From a virus: a DNA stretch of 59,417 nt. How positions within the stretch are numbered: the stretch's first letter is position 1; each line of letters begins with the position of its first letter. The notes below the pieces were generated by a model. The model saw only the letters and a program-made list of their open reading frames with translations. It had not been told where the DNA came from and did not search any database. This document shows, one piece after another, positions 27,069-34,267 of the stretch. Location: the IMG/VR virus record IMGVR_UViG_3300003322_000298, positions 1-59,417 of that record; one strand, 5' to 3'. Both the position numbers and the translations under genes were made by a program.

Positions 27069-28849
27069 TCCGTCGCTTCCTGACCGCGGCCGTCCTGGCC
27101 GCGTCTTCGCTTTTGGCTCACGCGCAGACCGCCGTCGTCACCGACTATGAGGTGCGCGGCTTCCAGCTCATGCGCGGCACGTCGAACGTCGGCGCAGTTC
27201 AGCCGACGCTTGCCGCCTGCAAGGCGCTGATTGCACCCGACGCAGTCGAGCGCAAGGCATCGAGCCTCTACAAGTGCCGGCAGGAGACGGTTTATACGGC
27301 CACCTTCAATCCCGCGCCGCCGTGCCCTGTCGCCCCGGCACCGACCGTCGCCACCGTCCAGTGTGCATCGCCGCTCGTCGGCAGCTGGCAGCAGACCACA
27401 ACGGTGCAGATCGGCGCCTACCCGGCTTGCGTGCGCACGACCAGCGTCTCGCCGACGGCACCGCCGGCCGGCGCCTGCACGCAACCCGCGCCGGCCCCGG
27501 AATGGACGCGCGTCGCCGTCGAAGGCGGCTCGTTCACCGTGCCGGCGAACTCGGTAGTCCGCTACGGCTCGGGGGCGACGTTCGTGCAGCGCGTCTTCAG
27601 CGGCACTGCGACATGCTCGAACACGGCTTTCGCCGCCGACCCGACGCCGAACGTGGCCAAGGCCTGCGATCTCTACACTGGCACGGGCAGCCCGACGACA
27701 CCCTCACCGCCGCTCAGTGGACCGACTGCTCTCTTTTTCAGCGCCGCCGGCAGCAACAGCAATCCTGGCACCGAGGCGCTGCCGAAGCGAGACCTCAGCG
27801 GCATCAACGTGAACGCGCTCGCCGCGGGGACGCTGAGCTTCCGCGGCGGCGACGAGTTCATCTTCTCGTCGACGATCCGCCTCATGAATCCCAACGTGAG
27901 CGCGGCGAACCCGCTGGTCTTCACGAGCTACGGCACCGGCCAGGCCACGCTGAGGTGGACGGGTCCTGCGACGGGCGCGGCCTTCGAATGGGGCGAGTGG
28001 GAGGACATCCGGCTGTGGGCTGGCTACACCTTCCGCAATCTGCGTTTCGACGGCACGAACGGCGCCACGCGCTGGGGCATGTGGCTGCGCGGCGTGACCG
28101 ATGCCCTCCTCTTTGAGGGCAACACCTTCACCGGCTTTCAGATCGCGCTGAACGCACAGGGCGGTCAGGGCGTGAGCGGCATCACGGTGAGGGGTAACAC
28201 GATCGAGCGCAACAGCGATATGGGCATGCTGGGCTCGTTCTCGAATTCGCTGATCGAGGGCAACACGATCCGCGCGAACAACTTCAGCGGCAGCGGCTTC
28301 AGCCACGGCACCTACTTCTCGAACTTCACGAACCTGACGATCCGCAACAACACCTACGATCGCAACAGCGTCGCCGACGGCATCTGCAAGGGCGGCAACA
28401 TGACCTTCCACGGTCAGGTGACCGGCCTGACGATCGAAGGGAACACGATCGTGCAGGACCGCGGTGAGCCCGGCTGCTGGCTGATGTCGATCACGCAGGG
28501 CTATGCCAGTGCCGAGTGGTTCCGTGATGTCAAGGTGACCGGCAATCGGCTGATCAACGGCGGCAATTCAGCGATCGTCGCGCAGAGCGCGCCGGGCATC
28601 GTGATCTATGGGAACGTCGTCATCAATCGCAACCCGACGGCGCAGACGGCGATCACCGTCGGCAACACCGACTATCAGAACGGTGACGTGCCCGACGCCG
28701 ACGCCGTCGTGCGAAACAACATTGTGTGCCAGGGCGAGGGCGCCAGCGGTGCCGCCGTCAACGTCTCGCGCTCGCCGGGAAGCGTTGCCACGGGCAACGT
28801 GGTGCGTACCGGCGTCGATGCAACCACGGGCGTTTGCGCCCTGCAGTGA
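27065..28849 (+). CDS. secreted right-handed beta-helix (pectate-lyase-fold) protein
   Basis: Signal peptide MIRRFLTAAVLAASSLLAHA-QT. Repeated GNT(F/I)xxN PbH1-like coils from about residue 340 to 560. Confidence 0.8.
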   Translation: MIRRFLTAAVLAASSLLAHAQTAVVTDYEVRGFQLMRGTSNVGAVQPTLAACKALIAPDAVERKASSLYKCRQETVYTATFNPAPPCPVAPAPTVATVQCASPLVGSWQQTTTVQIGAYPACVRTTSVSPTAPPAGACTQPAPAPEWTRVAVEGGSFTVPANSVVRYGSGATFVQRVFSGTATCSNTAFAADPTPNVAKACDLYTGTGSPTTPSPPLSGPTALFFSAAGSNSNPGTEALPKRDLSGINVNALAAGTLSFRGGDEFIFSSTIRLMNPNVSAANPLVFTSYGTGQATLRWTGPATGAAFEWGEWEDIRLWAGYTFRNLRFDGTNGATRWGMWLRGVTDALLFEGNTFTGFQIALNAQGGQGVSGITVRGNTIERNSDMGMLGSFSNSLIEGNTIRANNFSGSGFSHGTYFSNFTNLTIRNNTYDRNSVADGICKGGNMTFHGQVTGLTIEGNTIVQDRGEPGCWLMSITQGYASAEWFRDVKVTGNRLINGGNSAIVAQSAPGIVIYGNVVINRNPTAQTAITVGNTDYQNGDVPDADAVVRNNIVCQGEGASGAAVNVSRSPGSVATGNVVRTGVDATTGVCALQ

Positions 28850-28861
28850 AAGGGGAACGCG

Positions 28862-29374
28862 ATGATCACGCTGCCTTGCACGCCGAAGACCTTCCTGGAA
28901 GAGGCCATCATCCCGGCGATGGCCCTGCTCCCCAAGACGCTGGACAGCGACCGCTCGCGCGTGATGCTGATGGCCATTGGCCTGCAGGAGTCCGGGCTGC
29001 GCGTGCGCTGGCAGATCATCGACCCCGTTGTGCCTGAGACGAAGGGGCCGGCGCGCGGCCTCCTGCAGTTCGAACGTGGAGGCGGGGTGCGCGGGGTGAT
29101 GCGGCACCCGGCTACGATGCACCTCGCCTCCGACGTTTGTCGCGCCCGCGAGGTGCCGTTCGAAGAGCGTGTCGTGTGGGTTGCGCTGGAGCGAGACGAC
29201 ATCCTTGCAGCCGCGCTAGGTCGGCTATATCTGCTGACCGATCCGCAGCCCCTGCCGGCGCTCGGCGACGTGCAAGCCGCCTGGGAGTGCTACAAACGCA
29301 ACTGGAAGCCGGGTAAGCCTCACCCCGAGGCGTGGCCGCAGAACTACGCGAACGCCTTCGCGGCACTCGCATGA
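28862..29374 (+). CDS. SLT-type lytic transglycosylase (endolysin)
   Basis: AIGLQESGL catalytic-Glu context and GLLQF, upstream of the spanins. Confidence 0.72.
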   Translation: MITLPCTPKTFLEEAIIPAMALLPKTLDSDRSRVMLMAIGLQESGLRVRWQIIDPVVPETKGPARGLLQFERGGGVRGVMRHPATMHLASDVCRAREVPFEERVVWVALERDDILAAALGRLYLLTDPQPLPALGDVQAAWECYKRNWKPGKPHPEAWPQNYANAFAALA

Positions 29375-29940
29375 TCCCGAACCCGCTGGTCGCCGTCGGC
29401 CTCAAAGCCTGGCTGTGGGCATCGCTGGCCGCTCTGGTGGCCATGGCCGTGGTGATCGGCGCCCAGCGCTTGCAGGTCGGCGCGCTACGCGTGGAACTCG
29501 CTGGAGAGCGTCAGGGGCGCGCCGCCGACAAGGCAGCAGCTGCCACAGCCTGGGGGAAGGAAAGCGAGCGCATCCGCGCCGAGGAAGCCGCGGGACGCAA
29601 GGTGCTACAGGAGAAACTCGATGAAGAGCGCGCAAAATCTCAGGCGGCACGTGCTGATGCCGCCATTGCTGACGCTGCTGCTGGCAAGCTGCAGCAACGT
29701 GTCGCCTCCCTTGTTGCCGCCGCCCGTGAAGCAGCGCGAAATCCCGCCCCTGCCGCAAGCGGCCCGCCAGCCGAAGACGCCGCCGGAATGCTTGCCGACG
29801 TGCTCGGCCAGTGCGTCACGCGAGTTCGACTCCTGGCTACCGTCGCCGACGAGCGCGGCATCGCAGGGGCTACCTGCGTCGGGGCCTACGAGGCGCTAAC
29901 CCCGGCGCATGCCGAGCCAGCCAAAAGCAGCGGCGACTGA
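29371..29940 (+). CDS. i-spanin (Rz-like)
   Basis: ATG 29371 (ATGA coupling). N-terminal TM helix, then an Ala/Arg/Glu coiled coil. Confidence 0.8.
   Translation: MIPNPLVAVGLKAWLWASLAALVAMAVVIGAQRLQVGALRVELAGERQGRAADKAAAATAWGKESERIRAEEAAGRKVLQEKLDEERAKSQAARADAAIADAAAGKLQQRVASLVAAAREAARNPAPAASGPPAEDAAGMLADVLGQCVTRVRLLATVADERGIAGATCVGAYEALTPAHAEPAKSSGD
29621..29899 (+). CDS. o-spanin (Rz1-like lipoprotein) embedded in the i-spanin gene
   Basis: +1-frame ORF inside Rz. Lipobox LLLASC. Pro-rich mature part. Confidence 0.8.
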   Translation: MKSAQNLRRHVLMPPLLTLLLASCSNVSPPLLPPPVKQREIPPLPQAARQPKTPPECLPTCSASASREFDSWLPSPTSAASQGLPASGPTRR

Positions 29941-29954
29941 CGCAGATGAGGGCC

Positions 29955-30770
29955 TCAGAGGCCCGCCAGTGGCGACCAGGCCGGGTGATGATTCGCCCGC
30001 CGCCAGAGCATGGCCTCGTCGCCGCGCATCAGCATGAGGTGCGCGACAACATCGTCCGTCGGGCACATGGCACCCGCCCAGCTGCCAGCGTAGTAGGCGA
30101 TCGGGTGGAGGCAGAGCGCGCAGAGGATGCGCACGGGCTGGCCGGGCACGCTCTTCAGCACGACCGTAGGCCGCAGCTTGCGGAAGACGTAGGTCAGGCC
30201 GGAACGCTTCGATGTCTCCAGGAACATGCCGGTCAGGAGGTATTTCTTGAATGCGTGGTGGCGAAGCAATGTACCGAGCAGGTCAATGGCCTTGCTCTCC
30301 TGCTCGATGCCCCAGGCCTCACTGCAGCCCATTGTCTTGAGGTCGTGCGTGAAGTGGTGAATCTCTGGATCAAGCGCATAGCGGATGCGGCCGTCGGCCA
30401 TCTGCACGACGGTGACGCGGCAGCGCTTGTGCGTGCTGTGCCAGGAATTTCGCACCGTGAAGTCGACCGGCTCTTCTGGCTTGTGGCCGATGGCGGAGAG
30501 CGCCGCGTATGGATGGCGGGGCTCCATCACGAGCTGCTCGTCACTGAGTGGCATCGGGATGCCCGACCAGTCGTCACGTTCGGCGGCGATCGTCTTGAGC
30601 TTCTCGCGTAGCGGCGCGTGCGTGTCAAGACGCCGTAGGAGTTCAACCCCCCGCGCTTGGTGCGACGCTGACAGCGCGAACTGATTCTGCCTTGATGCGG
30701 CGCGTTCCCGGGCGCGGGCCGCGTCGCGGCGCTGTTGCCGGCTGGGCTTCGTCTTCTTGCTCTTGGGCAT
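29955..30770 (-). CDS. hypothetical protein
   Basis: Start chosen at MPKSKKTKPS. Would overlap the upstream gene by 128 nt, so the start is uncertain. Confidence 0.55.
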   Translation of the reverse strand: MPKSKKTKPSRQQRRDAARARERAASRQNQFALSASHQARGVELLRRLDTHAPLREKLKTIAAERDDWSGIPMPLSDEQLVMEPRHPYAALSAIGHKPEEPVDFTVRNSWHSTHKRCRVTVVQMADGRIRYALDPEIHHFTHDLKTMGCSEAWGIEQESKAIDLLGTLLRHHAFKKYLLTGMFLETSKRSGLTYVFRKLRPTVVLKSVPGQPVRILCALCLHPIAYYAGSWAGAMCPTDDVVAHLMLMRGDEAMLWRRANHHPAWSPLAGL

Positions 30771-31047
30771 GGCTTGTCTCTTGTGGTGCTGGGGTGGGAT
30801 CGAAGTCGGCGATGATGTATTCGCAGACGTTCTCGTCGAAGTCGAGGGCGCGCGTGAAGACCTTCTCGCCGTCCTTCTCTCCCTGGACCAGCAGGGCATA
30901 GCCTCTGCGGATCATGTCGCGCACGATGCGCGCAGCGCGGATGCGCTCGGCCGGGTTGCTCGGGTCGAACGAGAGCTTCGTGTCGCCGTGGCCGACGTTC
31001 AAGATGCCGACGGTTCCCCGCGGGCCGTCTCCGTTGCTGATGCTCAT
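30643..31047 (-). CDS. hypothetical protein
   Basis: Start MSISNGDGPRG overlaps the upstream stop (ATGA on the - strand). Confidence 0.55.
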   Translation of the reverse strand: MSISNGDGPRGTVGILNVGHGDTKLSFDPSNPAERIRAARIVRDMIRRGYALLVQGEKDGEKVFTRALDFDENVCEYIIADFDPTPAPQETSHAQEQEDEAQPATAPRRGPRPGTRRIKAESVRAVSVAPSAGG

Positions 31048-31430
31048 GGCTTGGGCTCCATGTCGATGACATCGGTTGAAGGTGGCGCCGGCTTTTTCGT
31101 CGCGCGCCCGCCAGTCCACGCGTCGACGGCGGCGGCCTTCTCGGCGGCCCAGCGGTTCGTGTGGCCGTTGACCGGCTGCGGCCTGGCCTTGGGCTCATAG
31201 ATGTCCGACCAGCCGTTGCGCGCGCTCTGGTCGATCTGCGCATTGATGGCCTGCGGCGAGTGGCCAGCCTGGCGCATCTCTTCGAGGCGCTTCAGCATGC
31301 GCTGTCGAGCCCTGGGCGTGAACGGCGCGCGTGCCGCCTTCTTCTTGTCGAGGCGTACCTCGACGAAGGCTTCCCAGGCGTCGCGGTCGATCCAGTCCGG
31401 GAGGTCGTCGAACATCGGCGCTTGTGTCAT
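31044..31430 (-). CDS. hypothetical protein
   Basis: Start MTQAPMFDDLPDW overlaps the upstream stop. Confidence 0.6.
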   Translation of the reverse strand: MTQAPMFDDLPDWIDRDAWEAFVEVRLDKKKAARAPFTPRARQRMLKRLEEMRQAGHSPQAINAQIDQSARNGWSDIYEPKARPQPVNGHTNRWAAEKAAAVDAWTGGRATKKPAPPSTDVIDMEPKP

Positions 31431-31822
31431 CGCTTCTTCCCCTCGATCATCACGAGCAGCTGGTCGACGTGCCGGCGATAGGTCGTCATGCCTTTCCAGA
31501 TCGTGGCCTGCTCCACGCTGAGCCCCAGGCGAAACCGGGCGTCGAGATCCCTCACGAGTTCGACGAGAGGCTCGAAAGCTGCAGCCCGTCGATCCCGCTC
31601 GACCATCTCGGAAAACTGTTGCTTGCGCAGCTTCTCGCGCGACAGGAAGGCCCGGCGCTCGGCCTCGGCCTTTTCGGCCTTCCGCTTCTCGATGCTCGGC
31701 GGGTGGTGCGTGCCGCAGTAGTGGTGGCCGTCGTGCTCGAAGCGGCCGGCATTCTGGCATCGGTAGCCGTTCATGCCGCGCGCGTGGAAGATGCGCTCTT
31801 CGCAGCGGGGGAGAGTGCTCAT
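31427..31822 (-). CDS. hypothetical Cys/His-containing protein
   Basis: First gene of the leftward cluster. C-x13-C...HHYCGTHH. Confidence 0.6.
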   Translation of the reverse strand: MSTLPRCEERIFHARGMNGYRCQNAGRFEHDGHHYCGTHHPPSIEKRKAEKAEAERRAFLSREKLRKQQFSEMVERDRRAAAFEPLVELVRDLDARFRLGLSVEQATIWKGMTTYRRHVDQLLVMIEGKKR

Positions 31823-32238
31823 TGGTGCTCGCTTTCTTGGAATAGGAGGTCCAAGGGTGAAAGGCAGTGAGCCTCTTCACTCCTCGCCCGGGGATGTTCT
31901 GTGATGGTGGCCGGCGCTGATCTCCGGCTTCGATCTCATGCCGGAACGTCTCCGGTCGAGCGGACGATCGCGGCGCCAGTAGATATCCGCTCTTTCTGGT
32001 CTGCCGTGCGCATCAGCCTGCGCTTTCACCATCACACAACACCCGCCCAGCGTACCCAGGGGGCGACGATTCCTTCGGCGGCGCCCTGTCACCATGCGGG
32101 CTCTACTCGCCTTGTCCGGTCCCTCGTCGACAGGCCGGGCGGCGCACTCCGATGGGCACATCGAGGGCCGGTGTTTCTGAGCGGCGGCCCATGCAGGCCC
32201 ACTCCTGACGCGACTCATGCGGTCGGCCCAAAAGCAAA

Positions 32239-32363
32239 ACCCCCGGAACGCTTAGGTGGGGCATGGCCCTTGGCATGGGCAGACGACGACACGGGCAAGA
32301 GGGCAACAGGAACCCTGTACGTGTTGACGCCTACGCATGCCCCACCTAAACATTCGCGGGGGT
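32239..32363. other. long-range helix (candidate structured RNA or DNA element)
   Basis: TTAGGTGGGGCATG (32252-32265) is perfectly complementary to CATGCCCCACCTAA (32336-32349). An outer ACCCCC/GGGGGT pairing flanks it. Confidence 0.4.
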
Positions 32364-32470
32364 CGCGTACCTGATGAATCTTGCCGTGTCGAGTTGCCAC
32401 ACCCGACGCGGCGGAGTCTAAGGGCAATCGGCGGTCCCGCGCAAGAGGGGTGCAGTTCATGGCACCGGAA

Positions 32471-32515
32471 TGTAGTAGCAAAAAGTGCTTGTTGTCTACT
32501 ACAGTGCTGTAGTAC
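32471..32515 (+). promoter_or_regulatory. TGTAGTA motif cluster (putative operator/promoter)
   Basis: TGTAGTAG-N17-CTACTACA inverted repeat plus TGTAGTAC, about 40 nt upstream of the first rightward gene. Confidence 0.4.
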
Positions 32516-32555
32516 ATTCGCGCCGACCGAACCAAGAATCTAGGAGAGCAACGGA

Positions 32556-32873
32556 ATGGACACACGCGAGTTCATCGACATGCAGAAGAAGCTCAAAGAG
32601 AAGGGGCCCGACGACGGCGGCCCGGCTTTCCCGGCGACCTGGAGGAACAACACCAGCAAGACATATCAGGTCGGCGACGAGCTTGTGCAGCCCGGCGCCG
32701 AGGTGGTCTGTCTCGGCATCAGCGTCCGCGACTATTTCGCTGCTCAGGCGCTGGCCGCCATGATCGGCCACGAGAGCAAGGAAGGTTCGAACCGTGGGGA
32801 GAAAAGCGCGACGACGCTTCCAGCTTTCGCCTACGAGTACGCCGATGCCATGCTGAAAGCGAGGAAGCAGTGA
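32556..32873 (+). CDS. hypothetical protein
   Basis: ORF with AGGAGAG upstream. GGPAFP...SVRDYFAAQALAAM, common in phage proteins. Confidence 0.65.
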   Translation: MDTREFIDMQKKLKEKGPDDGGPAFPATWRNNTSKTYQVGDELVQPGAEVVCLGISVRDYFAAQALAAMIGHESKEGSNRGEKSATTLPAFAYEYADAMLKARKQ

Positions 32874-33109
32874 TGCATCGCCACGACTACAAACGCACAT
32901 CGACAGGCATCGTGATCGGCGGCCACTATGTGCGCAAGCCGCCGGCACCCACGCGCGACGCCGAGGTCATCCAGCGCTCGCTGCTCGATGGGCCCAGGCC
33001 GAGCGTGCATCTCATACTCGATTGGTGGGATCGCTGGTCGCTGCACGTTGTCGGCGGGATCATGGTCGCCGGCTTCGTGATCGGTCTCGTGCTGAAGGCA
33101 TGCGCATGA
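32870..33109 (+). CDS. small membrane protein
   Basis: ATGA coupling. C-terminal TM helix. Confidence 0.55.
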   Translation: MMHRHDYKRTSTGIVIGGHYVRKPPAPTRDAEVIQRSLLDGPRPSVHLILDWWDRWSLHVVGGIMVAGFVIGLVLKACA

Positions 33110-33303
33110 TCGCCGTCGGCCTGGGGCTGCTCGCCGTGGCATTCGTGCTATGCCTGATCGGTGACGCGCCGCTGACTGTCAGCGCATTGCCGGGGCTGGC
33201 CGACGCCGTGACGCAGGCCGCGTCCTACCTCGCGGCCGGCGGCGCGCTTCTCGTGCTCGTCGGCTTCATCATCAAGCTGGCTCACCTCGTGATCGACTTC
33301 TAG
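33106..33303 (+). CDS. small membrane protein
   Basis: ATGA coupling. Two TM helices. Ends with TAG. Confidence 0.55.
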   Translation: MIAVGLGLLAVAFVLCLIGDAPLTVSALPGLADAVTQAASYLAAGGALLVLVGFIIKLAHLVIDF

Positions 33304-33432
33304 GTGACCATCGTGCAGCCTCTGCGCGCAGGGGCGCTGCTCCTTCTGATCTTGGCGGGCGCCATGCTCGCCGCCCACTTTCTCAGCCATGACGAACAAA
33401 GAAGCGCCACCACCACTCGCACGGGACGATGA
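33304..33432 (+). CDS. possible small TM peptide (or TAG read-through extension)
   Basis: GTG immediately after the TAG, in the same frame. Encodes LRAGALLLLILAGAMLAAHFL with high GC3. Confidence 0.3.
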   Translation: MTIVQPLRAGALLLLILAGAMLAAHFLSHDEQRSATTTRTGR

Positions 33433-34258
33433 CGACGACGCGCCGAAATGGCACGCCGACAGCGGCAAGCGTGGCCGCGCCTTCTTGCGCGAGCCCGTGC
33501 CGGAGCACATGGTTTCAATCCTCGTTCGGCAGACGGCCGAGCAAAAGGAGGAGATCGAGAAGGATCGCCGCAAGGGCATTCGTTGCGAAATCTGCAAAGG
33601 CTGGCATCACGAATACGCGGTGCACCTGAGCTATGTCGGGCACGCCGCTGCGACAGCGCTTCTCCTCGAAGCCGATCTGGATTGGACGTGGGAGCCCGTC
33701 GCGTGGACGCCGGACGGCTTGCCTCGCTTCGACGCGACCGGCGGCCTGTGGATCTGGCTGCACGTTGGCGGCTTCAAGCGCCTGGGCTATGGCAACGCAC
33801 AGGGCAAGGCAAAGGGCATCCCCGGCGATCGAGAGAAAGAGGTCATCGGCGATGCGATCCGGAATGCTGCGATGCGCTTCGGCTTGGCTCTCCAGCTGTG
33901 GAGCAAGGAAGACCTTGACCTGTCGAGCGATGAAGACGAAGAAGAGGCGGCTGAGCAGCGTCGCCGCCAGGCTGCAGCCGGGGAGGGCAGCCAAGAGACC
34001 GCGCCGCCGGCTGCGTCGAAGCCTGCTCAGCCTGCCGCGAAGACAAGCCAACCGGCTGCTGCCGGCGAGGCCACAGTGAGGAGTGCGCGGCCCTACCCGC
34101 AGGCGGATTTCGAACGCAACTTCAAGGCTTGGAGCGAAGCGCTCCTCGCCGGCACGAAGACGATCGACGAGACGCTCGCGATGATCCGCAAACGCGGCAT
34201 CCTGAGCGCGGAACAAGAGAAGAGGCTTCGCGATGTCGTGAAGCCCGCCAACACCTGA
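33389..34258 (+). CDS. Rad52-like single-strand annealing protein
   Basis: VIGDAIRNAAMRFGLALQLWSK motif, followed by a YqaJ exonuclease gene. Confidence 0.68.
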   Translation: MTNKEAPPPLARDDDDDAPKWHADSGKRGRAFLREPVPEHMVSILVRQTAEQKEEIEKDRRKGIRCEICKGWHHEYAVHLSYVGHAAATALLLEADLDWTWEPVAWTPDGLPRFDATGGLWIWLHVGGFKRLGYGNAQGKAKGIPGDREKEVIGDAIRNAAMRFGLALQLWSKEDLDLSSDEDEEEAAEQRRRQAAAGEGSQETAPPAASKPAQPAAKTSQPAAAGEATVRSARPYPQADFERNFKAWSEALLAGTKTIDETLAMIRKRGILSAEQEKRLRDVVKPANT

Positions 34259-34267
34259 GACCACTGC

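Noticed and set aside
29950-29964. GGGCCT-cag-AGGCCC hairpin between the convergent lysis and leftward genes, considered as a bidirectional terminator.
   Set aside because: Only 6 bp with a 3-nt loop and no T/A tracts. Too weak to call.
31901-32374. 157-aa + strand ORF inside the divergent intergenic region.
   Set aside because: Arg/Pro/His/Thr-rich product. Third-position GC (about 65 % in my tally) is far below the ~90 % of real genes here. No RBS. It spans the long-range helix, so I treat the region as non-coding.
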